Positions 9,133-17,390 of a stretch of 32,000 bases of DNA are shown in pieces. Below the pieces are notes generated by a model. The model saw only the letters and a program-made list of their open reading frames with translations, made no database searches and had not been told where the DNA came from. The position numbers and the translations under genes were made by a program. Origin of the DNA: Crocosphaera subtropica ATCC 51142 (GTDB taxonomy: Bacteria; Cyanobacteriota; Cyanobacteriia; Cyanobacteriales; Microcystaceae); contig NC_010546.1 in NCBI RefSeq assembly GCF_000017845.1, positions 2,400,001 through 2,432,000 on the forward strand, given 5' to 3'. Position 1 is the first letter of the stretch. Every line of letters begins with the position of its first letter.

Positions 9133-10385
9133 TGGGACAAACAAAAACAATGGATTTATTGGAATATCAGGCTAAAGAACTTTTTCATCAGGTAGGCATT
9201 CCCGTTTTACCCTCCCAACCCATTGCTCAACTTAGTGAACTTAAACACCTCCATATTCGTTATCCAGTGGTCTTAAAATCCCAAGTCCATTCTGGGGGTC
9301 GTGGCAGGGCCGGAGGCATTCGTTTTGTGCAGAATACCATCGATGCAGTGGCTGCAGCCCAAGCTATTTTTAGCTTACCCATTTTAGGAGAATATCCCGA
9401 AGTGATTCTGGCTGAAGCTCGTTATGATACCCAGGACGAATTTTTTCTCTCCATTCTCCTCGATTATCAATTACAACGGCCGGTGTTAATGGGTTCAGCT
9501 AAAGGGGGAATTGATGTAGAAACCCTATTGAAACATATGCACAAAGTTATCCTCGATCAAGGGTTTTCTCCTTTTTATGCCCGCCGTTTGGCTACCAAAA
9601 TGGGTCTTCGGGGTCCCCTGATTCATGGGGTGAGTACCATTCTTGAAAAAATGTATCAATTATTTATCGAAAAAGACCTCGATTTGATTGAAATTAACCC
9701 CTTAGCTGTGAGTGCCTCTGGAGAAGTTATGGCTTTAGATGGGAAAATAACCGTCAACGATATGGCCTTATCCCGTCATCTAGACTTGTTGAGCTTTCTT
9801 TCTCCGAAAGCTGATCAGACCTCTAGCGTCTCCCCCAATCAAAACATTGTCACCACACCTCCTCAAAAACCCCGTTGGCTTGGAAGTAAGGAAAAAGGGG
9901 GTAATGTGGGTATCATTGCCAATGGGTTGGGACTCACCTTAAGTACCTGGGATCTGATGGTTAACCAGAAAGGACAACCCTTAGGAGCTTTTATTATTGA
10001 AGAAAAAAGTAGCAGTAAATCGTTAATTAAACAGTTAGGAATTGCTGTAGAAAAAATGCTCACTCTTCCTGAGATTCAAATCATTTTAATCAATATTGTC
10101 AGTAGTGAACCAACATCGGCCTTAGTTGCTCAGGGGATGCTGGATTATTGTCAACCGACTATGGTGACACCGGATAGCGAAGAACGATTATCCCGACCAA
10201 CAGGGGCAAATTCTACCCGCCAAAGACAGATAAACTCCTCTCCTAATTCTAACCCTATCCAATGGGTTCTGAGACTGGCTACAGGGGATATCAAGTCCAT
10301 CGAAACATCCCTTTCTGATTTACCCATTTATTGTTTTGAGGATCTTAGCGAGGCGGTTAAAAAAACCGTTGCGTTAACTCAGTAG
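9132..10385 (+). CDS. SucC-like ATP-grasp protein (succinate--CoA ligase beta-subunit homolog, divergent C-terminal domain)
   Basis: 417 aa. The N-terminus MDLLEYQAKELFHQVGIPV...VVLKSQVHSGGRGRAGGIRFV matches the SucC ATP-grasp start (MNLHEYQAK...VKCQVHAGGRGKAGGV). The ATG at 9132 overlaps the HlyD stop (TAATG). An alternative start is M7 at 9150. The C-terminal half keeps GNVGIIANGLGLTLSTWDL but lacks the glycine motifs. Confidence 0.75.
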   Translation: MGQTKTMDLLEYQAKELFHQVGIPVLPSQPIAQLSELKHLHIRYPVVLKSQVHSGGRGRAGGIRFVQNTIDAVAAAQAIFSLPILGEYPEVILAEARYDTQDEFFLSILLDYQLQRPVLMGSAKGGIDVETLLKHMHKVILDQGFSPFYARRLATKMGLRGPLIHGVSTILEKMYQLFIEKDLDLIEINPLAVSASGEVMALDGKITVNDMALSRHLDLLSFLSPKADQTSSVSPNQNIVTTPPQKPRWLGSKEKGGNVGIIANGLGLTLSTWDLMVNQKGQPLGAFIIEEKSSSKSLIKQLGIAVEKMLTLPEIQIILINIVSSEPTSALVAQGMLDYCQPTMVTPDSEERLSRPTGANSTRQRQINSSPNSNPIQWVLRLATGDIKSIETSLSDLPIYCFEDLSEAVKKTVALTQ

Positions 10386-10390
10386 TTAAC

Positions 10391-10583
10391 CTGAGTTCGG
10401 GTTTCGGAGTTAGAGCATTATTGCGGAGGCGACTCAACCGTCGTCACACGGCGGTTAGAAAACACACCAAGCAGAGGAGACAATAGGTGTTTCAGACAAC
10501 GATAGAATTGACCAAGGAAGTGCGCCGAGGTGTCCTCGGCAAGCACAAGTCTTGGTTAGTCTTTCAGCTTATCCCGAACTCAC
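10391..10583 (-). mobile_element. MITE-like or PATE-like non-autonomous element carrying the 41-nt terminal module of the IS200/IS605 tnpB 3' end
   Basis: Positions 10391-10431 are 39/41 identical to 22597-22637. There are perfect 10-bp inverted termini: TGAGTTCGGG at 10392-10401 and CCCGAACTCA at 10573-10582. TAGTTAA direct repeats flank it at 10383-10389 and 10586-10592. Internal hairpins lie at about 10436-10456 (8-bp stem) and 10524-10540 (GCCGAGG-TGT-CCTCGGC). No ORF is present. Strand is given by analogy with tnpB orientation. Confidence 0.55.
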
Positions 10584-10619
10584 CTTAGTTAAATAAATTT
10601 AGTCAAACATACAAAAATC

Positions 10620-11540
10620 ATGAAATGGGAAGCCGATAGTAAAGTTTTAATTCAAGGAATCACCAATCCGTTAGGAATTAGTTATGCTGCACGGATGAAA
10701 GCCAAGGGAACCAATATTGTTGCAGGCATTACCCTAGAAGAACAAACGGCCGAAATGGATGATATTCCCATCTTTACTTTGGTAGAAGAAGCCGTGAAGC
10801 AGATAGGGGAAATAGAGATTAGTCTAATTTTGACCCCTCCTTACGAAGTCTTAGACGCTGGATTAGAAGCCATGGCCGCTGGCATCAAACAATTAGTGAT
10901 TGTCACTTCTAGAGTTCCTCCCCTCGATTTGATCGCACTCCTAGAACAAGCTCAAGTGACTAATACTTTTGTCTTGGGATCAGGAAGTGAAGGGTTACTG
11001 GTTCCCGATCAGTTTTGGTTAGGGATTATGGAACCCGACTTCTATACAGCCGGTCAAGTGGGGATTATTAGTCGTTGCGATCGCTTAATGGATGAGGTCG
11101 CCCTCAATCTAACTCAAGCAGGGTTAGGGCAGTCTTTAGCCATTAGTTTAGGATCTGATGCCGTCATGGGATCGAATTTTGAGCAATGGTTACAAATCAT
11201 GGAAGAAGACGAAACCACCGAGGCGATTATTTTATTAGGGCAACCTTATAGTAGTCCAGAATTATTAGCTGCAGAATATATCGATTCAGCCATAGAAAAA
11301 CCCGTTATTGCTTATCTTCCAGGGATTCTAGCCCCCATGAACCGCAGTTTCGGCGATGCAACTAGCATTATTGCCAGTCAATTATCTTATCAAAGGGGAG
11401 ACAAAACCAGGGAAAATCCAACCATTACAGCCCTCAAAAAAGCTGGTGTTAAAATTGCCAATAGTGTTGAGGAAATTCCCAAATTAACCAAGCGGATTTT
11501 TTCCAATCAACGTCGTAGGTCAAGAACCGTCAATAAGTAA
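10620..11540 (+). CDS. SucD-like CoA-binding protein (succinate--CoA ligase alpha-subunit homolog lacking the catalytic histidine)
   Basis: 306 aa, colinear with SucD: KVLIQGITNPLG.., VGIISRCDRL.., GSNFEQWLQIMEEDETTEAIILLG.., KPVIAYLPGILAP. The phosphohistidine loop reads RSFGDATSII instead of RMGHAGAII. Confidence 0.75.
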   Translation: MKWEADSKVLIQGITNPLGISYAARMKAKGTNIVAGITLEEQTAEMDDIPIFTLVEEAVKQIGEIEISLILTPPYEVLDAGLEAMAAGIKQLVIVTSRVPPLDLIALLEQAQVTNTFVLGSGSEGLLVPDQFWLGIMEPDFYTAGQVGIISRCDRLMDEVALNLTQAGLGQSLAISLGSDAVMGSNFEQWLQIMEEDETTEAIILLGQPYSSPELLAAEYIDSAIEKPVIAYLPGILAPMNRSFGDATSIIASQLSYQRGDKTRENPTITALKKAGVKIANSVEEIPKLTKRIFSNQRRRSRTVNK

Positions 11541-11541
11541 C

Positions 11542-11555
11542 CAGTGACCAGTTAA
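11542..11555 (+). repeat. STRR-like heptamer tandem (CAGTGAC CAGTTAA) just after the SucD-like stop codon
   Basis: Read directly from the sequence. It belongs to the same heptamer family as 12982-13002 and, in reverse complement, 7330-7350. Confidence 0.4.
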
Positions 11556-11680
11556 CATTACATTGGTCTAGTCTCCTTGGTAAAATAGTCAAGGCATTGA
11601 CCATTAGAAGAAAAACCCCCGAACACAGTAAGGTATTGTTTGTGGGTACGGCATTCAGAGGAACATAGGAGTAACATTCA

Positions 11681-12979
11681 GTGACCGTAAAAATTGGTTT
11701 ACTCGGTTTGGGAACAGTGGGAACAGGAACCGCACAAATTTTACTAGACCCCACGGGACGCAATCCTTTATTACAAGACATTAATATCAGTAAGGTGGGG
11801 GTGCGATCGCTTGATAAACCCCGTCAAGTCCAACTCGCTCCAGGGGTGATCACCACCGACTTAGAGACAGTGGTTAATGATCCCGAAATTGCGATCGTTG
11901 TCGAATTATTAGGGGGGATCGAACCAGCACGATCGCTCATTTTACAAGCCATTGCCCAAAAAAAGCACGTGGTCACCGCTAATAAGGCAGTGATTGCTCG
12001 TCATGGTGATGAAATCTACTCAGCAGCCAACGAGGCAGGGGTCTACGTCCTCTTAGAAGCAGCCGTCGGCGGTGGTATCCCTATCATTAAACCCCTGAAA
12101 CAATCGTTAGGGGCAAATCGCATCAGTAGCATTATTGGCATTGTTAATGGCACCACCAACTATATTTTGACCAAAATGACCAGTGCCGGAGCGGACTTTG
12201 CCGAAGTTTTAACCGAAGCACAACAATTAGGCTATGCTGAAGCCGATCCCACTGCTGACGTAGACGGGTTAGATGCAGCAGATAAAATCGCCATTTTAGC
12301 CTCTTTAGGGTTTGGCGGACGGGTTAAACGAGAAGATGTTTATTGCGAGGGTATTCGTCAAGTCAGTGCGGCCGACATTACTTATGCCGATCAATTAGGG
12401 TTTGTGATTAAATTATTAGCCATTGCCAAAGGAGCAGAGGGAGAAATCTCCGAACAATTACAATTAAGGGTTCATCCTACCCTGGTTCCGAAGGATCATC
12501 CCCTGGCCAATATTAATGGGGTATCTAATGCGGTTTTGGTTGAAGGTAGCCCCCTGGGCCAAGTGATGTTTTTTGGACCGGGGGCTGGAGCCGGACCAAC
12601 GGCCAGTGCAGTGGTTTCCGATATTATGAACATTGTGGCTATCCTCAAAAGTAGCGGACTAACAACGACCCTTGATCCCTTATTAAGCTGTGTTCATCAA
12701 CATTTTTGTCAAATTACCCCCATTGAAGCGATTAATACTCGTTTTTATGCCCGTTTCCTGACAAAAGATTTACCGGGGGTCATTGGTCATTTAGGGACAA
12801 CCTTTGGCAACCATCAAGTTAGTCTCGAATCAGTGGTACAAATCGGCTTTCAAGGGGAACTTGCTGAGATTGTTGTCGTCACTCACTATGTTTGTGAAGG
12901 TAACTTTCGCACTGCCCTAGACGAAATTCGTACCCTAGAGGCGATTGATAGTATTCCCAGTATTTTAAGGGTTTTATAG
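11681..12979 (+). CDS. hom: homoserine dehydrogenase
   Basis: 432 aa with a GTG start. N-terminal Rossmann motif IGLLGLGTVGTG, catalytic-domain motifs GIVNGTTNYILT and AEADPTADVDGLDAADKIAILA, and a C-terminal ACT-like regulatory domain. Confidence 0.9.
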   Translation: MTVKIGLLGLGTVGTGTAQILLDPTGRNPLLQDINISKVGVRSLDKPRQVQLAPGVITTDLETVVNDPEIAIVVELLGGIEPARSLILQAIAQKKHVVTANKAVIARHGDEIYSAANEAGVYVLLEAAVGGGIPIIKPLKQSLGANRISSIIGIVNGTTNYILTKMTSAGADFAEVLTEAQQLGYAEADPTADVDGLDAADKIAILASLGFGGRVKREDVYCEGIRQVSAADITYADQLGFVIKLLAIAKGAEGEISEQLQLRVHPTLVPKDHPLANINGVSNAVLVEGSPLGQVMFFGPGAGAGPTASAVVSDIMNIVAILKSSGLTTTLDPLLSCVHQHFCQITPIEAINTRFYARFLTKDLPGVIGHLGTTFGNHQVSLESVVQIGFQGELAEIVVVTHYVCEGNFRTALDEIRTLEAIDSIPSILRVL

Positions 12980-12981
12980 AG

Positions 12982-13002
12982 CAGTGAACAGTGAACAGTG
13001 AC
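12982..13002 (+). repeat. STRR-like heptamer tandem repeat (CAGTGAA CAGTGAA CAGTGAC)
   Basis: Three phased heptamers lie directly after the hom stop codon (12977-12979). They contain the predicted GTG start (12991) of the next gene. Confidence 0.6.
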
Positions 13003-13953
13003 CAAAAAAAAGTAAACGATGATGGGTTTTGGAGAAAAAATAATCTTTTTTTACCTTTCCTATCGGTAAAAACTAGGGGTTGGAGAGCAAGGGTCTTCAT
13101 TCCTTTACTTTTTGTAATTTGCTGGTTATTTCCTTTATCTGCACGCTGTAAAGCGAATCTCATCGAGATCGCTCAATCTTCTCCCTCAGAACTTTGTCCC
13201 ACCCCTGTGTTATCCCGTTTAGAACGTCATCGGGTCATCTCAGGGGAAACCATCGAAAGTATTGCTCAACAATACAATCTCGTCCCTCAAACTTTGATCG
13301 GTGTTAACCCCAGTTTGCAAGGGGGACAGGTGCAGGTGGGACAAGACATTTTAATTCCTCCGTTTAATGGCATTAAAATTACCGTACCCAAGGGGGCTAC
13401 TTGGCAAGACCTAGCCACTGCTTATGGTATTCGGGCTGATGTTTTGTTTGAGATTAATGGTTGTGTGGAAACCCCACAAGTGGCGTTTATTCCTGGGGTC
13501 AATTGGAAACCAGAGGAACCCCCCTCTCAAGATAATTATACCGGGTTAAGGGGTTATCCTTTGCCAATGGCGGCACCGGTGGGACTCAGTTATGGATGGC
13601 ACATTGAACCCAATACCGGAGAGTCTTTTTTTCATGGGGGTATGGATATTTTGGCCGAAGAGGGAACCCCTGTCTTAGCGGCTGACTCAGGGGAAGTGAT
13701 TTATGTCGGCCAAGAGGGAAATTATGGCTTTTTAGTGATCGTTGATCATGGGAATGGTCGACAAACTCGATATGGTCATCTTAGTCGCTTTGAAACACGC
13801 ATTGGTCGGTCTGTGCAAGTGGGTGATGTGTTAGGGTATGTAGGAACAACGGGACGGCCTGATCTTGTCAATCCTCATTTACATTTTGAGGTGCGTTTTA
13901 AGTCCCCTGTGGGTTGGGTAGCCCAAGATCCTCAGATTCATTTGTCTGAGTAA
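12991..13953 (+). CDS. secreted LysM-domain M23-family metallopeptidase
   Basis: 320 aa. Signal-like segment RARVFIPLLFVICWLFPLSA. LysM-like segments ISGETIESIAQQYNLVPQTLIGVNP and ATWQDLATAYGIRADVLFEING. M23 motifs FHGGMDI, GYVGTTG and PHLHFEV. The GTG start is uncertain, and there is no in-frame ATG nearby. Confidence 0.8.
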   Translation: MNSDQKKVNDDGFWRKNNLFLPFLSVKTRGWRARVFIPLLFVICWLFPLSARCKANLIEIAQSSPSELCPTPVLSRLERHRVISGETIESIAQQYNLVPQTLIGVNPSLQGGQVQVGQDILIPPFNGIKITVPKGATWQDLATAYGIRADVLFEINGCVETPQVAFIPGVNWKPEEPPSQDNYTGLRGYPLPMAAPVGLSYGWHIEPNTGESFFHGGMDILAEEGTPVLAADSGEVIYVGQEGNYGFLVIVDHGNGRQTRYGHLSRFETRIGRSVQVGDVLGYVGTTGRPDLVNPHLHFEVRFKSPVGWVAQDPQIHLSE

Positions 13954-13981
13954 AGTGTTTTTATTGAATATTTATTTTGAA

Positions 13982-14977
13982 TTAATGTCTTTTTTGATGC
14001 CATTGCCAAGCGTGGGAAATAATATTGTCTAAGCTAGAATATTCCGGTTTCCAACCTAATACTTTAGCAGCTTTTTCCCCACTACCCACTAAAATAGGGG
14101 GATCACCAGGACGGCGATCGCTGATTTTAACATCAATGTCTTTTTGAGTTACTTTAATGGCTGTATCAATGACTTCTTGAATCGAAAATCCGTTTCCATT
14201 TCCTAAATTAAAGACATCAGATTTTCCTCCTTTTTGTAAATAGTTTAATCCCAAAATATGTGCTTGAGCAATATCAAGAACATGAATATAATCCCGAATA
14301 CAAGTACCATCGGGGGTGGGATAATCTCTGCCAAAAATAGAAATAAATTTGCGTTTTCCTAAAGCGGTTAAAAGCACTAAAGGAATTAAATGGGGTTCGG
14401 GATCATGATCTTCCCCTAATAACCCATCTGGGTGCGCTCCGGCTGCGTTAAAATAGCGGAAACAAACATAGTTTAAATCATAAGCTTTTGAGAAATCCTG
14501 TAAGATTTGCTCTACCATTAATTTACTAGCACCATAAGGATTAATGGGGTTTTGGGGATGTTCTTCAGTAATGGGAGAAAATTGAGCGACTCCATAGGTG
14601 GCACAAGTGGAAGAAAAAACCAATTTGTTAATAGAAGCTGCTTTCATAGCCTCTAATAAAGTAAGAGTATTAGCAACATTATTACGGTAATATTTTTGCG
14701 GTTCTTTAATGGATTCTCCTACATAAGCAAAGGCTGCAAAGTGCATAACCGCATCAATAGAATACTGTTGAAATAGATCATCTAATAGGGAGCGATCGCC
14801 GAGATCACCTACTATCAAATCCACCTCTAAAACCGTTTCGACTAAATCTCGATGACCATAGATTAAATTGTCGAGAATAATTACATCATAACCTGCGTTT
14901 TTGAGGGCTAAAACGGCATGGGAACCGATATATCCGGCTCCTCCTGTTACTAAAATAGTACCTTGATTAGATGACAT
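13982..14977 (-). CDS. galE: UDP-glucose 4-epimerase
   Basis: 331 aa. Motifs: ILVTGGAGYIGSH (NAD binding), SSTCATYG and YGASKLMVE (YxxxK). Length and C-terminus are typical of GalE. Confidence 0.85.
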   Translation of the reverse strand: MSSNQGTILVTGGAGYIGSHAVLALKNAGYDVIILDNLIYGHRDLVETVLEVDLIVGDLGDRSLLDDLFQQYSIDAVMHFAAFAYVGESIKEPQKYYRNNVANTLTLLEAMKAASINKLVFSSTCATYGVAQFSPITEEHPQNPINPYGASKLMVEQILQDFSKAYDLNYVCFRYFNAAGAHPDGLLGEDHDPEPHLIPLVLLTALGKRKFISIFGRDYPTPDGTCIRDYIHVLDIAQAHILGLNYLQKGGKSDVFNLGNGNGFSIQEVIDTAIKVTQKDIDVKISDRRPGDPPILVGSGEKAAKVLGWKPEYSSLDNIISHAWQWHQKRH

Positions 14978-14998
14978 CGTTATTGATTTAACTAAATG

Positions 14999-16234
14999 TT
15001 AGGGTTTAGATTTGACAAGACTACGAAGTTTATAGCGTATCCGTTTCACCAGGGGAGGACGACGTTTATCTTCTACAGCTAAAGCCGGATGAACGGGCGG
15101 TAAGGAGAACAATAAAGGACGCTGGATGGATTGTTTTCGACCAGCAGTTTGATGTAATTCTCTAATAAAATCTGCCCATTGATCGGCTGCAACGGTATCA
15201 GAATAGTCCGCTTCAATTTTTGCCCGTGCGCCTTGGGATAGTTTTTCCCAAAGTCCCGTTTCTTCCTGTAAGCGTCGAATGGCGGCAACAAAACTATCTC
15301 CACGATCATCGACTAATAAACCGGTTACACTATCTTCAACCAGTTCTGGGATACCGCTACGAATCCGTAGACACACAGGAACAACCCCACAGGCCATGGC
15401 TTCCATTAAGGCAATGGGTAAGCCTTCGTAGTCTGATAATAAAACAATGACATGACTTCCTAAGAGGTGTTTCTGTACTTGATCACTGTTCAGTCTACCC
15501 CCTAATTTAACGGGAATGTCTTGAGCGTGTTGAGCAAGGATTTTCTCAACAGCACCCTGCTTTGATCCACTTCCATAAATGATGGCTTCTGTATTGGGGA
15601 CTTCTTTAACCGCACGACAAAAAGCTTTAGTTAATAATGAAATTTGTTTTTGTTCTTCGACTAAACGACCGACATAAAGGATTTTTAGTTTCTCTGAGGG
15701 TTTTTTGGTAAGCGTTCTGGGAATCGGCACTCCGCAGGGAATACATCTAATCTGAGTTGAGGTAATTTTATTTAAAAAGGTTTGCTCAATAAAACGAGAA
15801 ACACAAACTAGACCAGAAAGTTGATAATCTGGTTGACCAAAGACAAATTCATCGACAAGGCCATGATAAAAAGGATCATCAGAGTGCATCACCCCAATAG
15901 TGGGAATACCAGCTTTTTTGACCCAGCGACTCGCATAAAAAGCGGGAACAACAAGATGAGGAACAAAAATATCAGGCGGATCTTTTTTTAATTGTTGTAA
16001 TATCCAATTAATGTGTTGATCGGTGTGATAGGGAATTTGATAAACGGAATGGTTAAATCCCTCTTGTTTGACCCTTTGAACGCCTTGACATTCCTCTTCA
16101 TTGCCTCGAATGGAAAATAAGACCCTTGATTCGATGCCACGCTCTCTCAAAGAAGGAAGAAGACGAGGTAACCAAGCATAAGGTCCGCCAACAAAGTTGG
16201 GATAATCGTGAGCGCAAAAGGTGACTTTTATCAC
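14999..16234 (-). CDS. GT4-family (GT-B fold) glycosyltransferase
   Basis: 411 aa with a GTG start. C-terminal motif SDYEGLPIALMEAMACGVVPV...PELVEDSVTGLLV (E-x7-E type) is typical of the glycosyl transferase group 1 family. Confidence 0.8.
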   Translation of the reverse strand: MIKVTFCAHDYPNFVGGPYAWLPRLLPSLRERGIESRVLFSIRGNEEECQGVQRVKQEGFNHSVYQIPYHTDQHINWILQQLKKDPPDIFVPHLVVPAFYASRWVKKAGIPTIGVMHSDDPFYHGLVDEFVFGQPDYQLSGLVCVSRFIEQTFLNKITSTQIRCIPCGVPIPRTLTKKPSEKLKILYVGRLVEEQKQISLLTKAFCRAVKEVPNTEAIIYGSGSKQGAVEKILAQHAQDIPVKLGGRLNSDQVQKHLLGSHVIVLLSDYEGLPIALMEAMACGVVPVCLRIRSGIPELVEDSVTGLLVDDRGDSFVAAIRRLQEETGLWEKLSQGARAKIEADYSDTVAADQWADFIRELHQTAGRKQSIQRPLLFSLPPVHPALAVEDKRRPPLVKRIRYKLRSLVKSKP

Positions 16235-16302
16235 GTTAATAACCTAAGTTTTGCTATGAATTTTTAGCTTTTTCTAGAAACAGTATGACCTTATTAAAAA
16301 AA

Positions 16303-17328
16303 TTAGAATTGATTAACTTTTTGCTGAGTAGATTTAATATTTTTTTTGTCTATTTTAAACATTACTTTCAAATCAAGTTGAGTATTTTTTATTAAGTTTC
16401 TCAACACTAGCTTTCCATACTTTAATTGAGATGGTTCATCTCTTAAATAGTAGTACATCAATTTCCAAAAATTCCAGTTCAGACAATCCAATAAGGATAC
16501 TATGCTGCTCCAGTTTCTAATTAAATTCAAATAAACAGATGCTTGTTTCTCAGGAAGAACCTTAAAGTTAGTTGATACAAAATTTAAAATTATATAGTTT
16601 TCTATGTACTGTATCAAACGTTTACGTTTGTCCTTTTCACTATAGGCTCGACTCATTTGAGAATGATATCTATAATAGTTAAGGGATTGATGACAAAAAG
16701 CAATATCATAATTTTTGAGAATTTTTAGATAACAATACCAATCTCCTGATAATCTCATATTCTCAGGAGCCATTCCTGCTTCTATATAGGCTTTTTTTCT
16801 CATGAGTACAGCACTAGCATTGGGTATGGTATTTTGAATAATTAAATAGTTGGCAACTTCATTGATTCCACTATTGGTAAAATCATTATTCCATCTATTG
16901 TTAGCTATTTTCTGAGTATAATCAGAGTAATTTGCTGTTATTTTACCCTCTTCATTAATCTGTAATGATTGACAATAAGCAATACCTATTTTTGGAGCAT
17001 CTTCTAACAACGGAACTAATGTTTCTAAAAACTTTTCATCTGCACAATCGTCAGATTCAGCGATCCAAATATATTCTCCTTTAGCTTCTTTGACTCCCCT
17101 ATTCCATTGCTTAAAAGGACTCCCACTATTTTGAGAATTAAAAATTGCTTTTTTAATTTTAGGATGATTAGCATATTTAGAAAAAACTTCTTTTGTATTA
17201 TCGGAAGAAGCATCATCTAAAAAAATGATTTCAAAATCTTGATAGGTTTGATTTAAAATACTATCTAGACGTTGTTCTAGAAATTTGGCATGATTGTAAC
17301 TTGGAATAATAATAGTTACTTTTGGCAT
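16303..17328 (-). CDS. GT2-family glycosyltransferase
   Basis: 341 aa. N-terminus KVTIIIPSYNHAKFLEQRLDSILNQTYQDFEIIFLDDASSDNT plus a later ESDD motif (D-x-D type) fits a GT-A fold. The gene is very AT-rich. Confidence 0.85.
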   Translation of the reverse strand: MPKVTIIIPSYNHAKFLEQRLDSILNQTYQDFEIIFLDDASSDNTKEVFSKYANHPKIKKAIFNSQNSGSPFKQWNRGVKEAKGEYIWIAESDDCADEKFLETLVPLLEDAPKIGIAYCQSLQINEEGKITANYSDYTQKIANNRWNNDFTNSGINEVANYLIIQNTIPNASAVLMRKKAYIEAGMAPENMRLSGDWYCYLKILKNYDIAFCHQSLNYYRYHSQMSRAYSEKDKRKRLIQYIENYIILNFVSTNFKVLPEKQASVYLNLIRNWSSIVSLLDCLNWNFWKLMYYYLRDEPSQLKYGKLVLRNLIKNTQLDLKVMFKIDKKNIKSTQQKVNQF

Positions 17329-17390
17329 AGTTTTTAAGAAAGTTACTTAGTTACTAAATATGTTTTGAGTAAATCAGGATAAACTATTTT

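Noticed and set aside
10405-10435. tRNA-like appearance of GGAGTTAGAGCATTATTGCGGAGGC (a D-arm-like TAGAGCA).
   Set aside because: No anticodon stem, no T-arm (GTTCGAATC-type) and no acceptor pairing could be built. The segment is explained by the shared IS/omega-RNA module.
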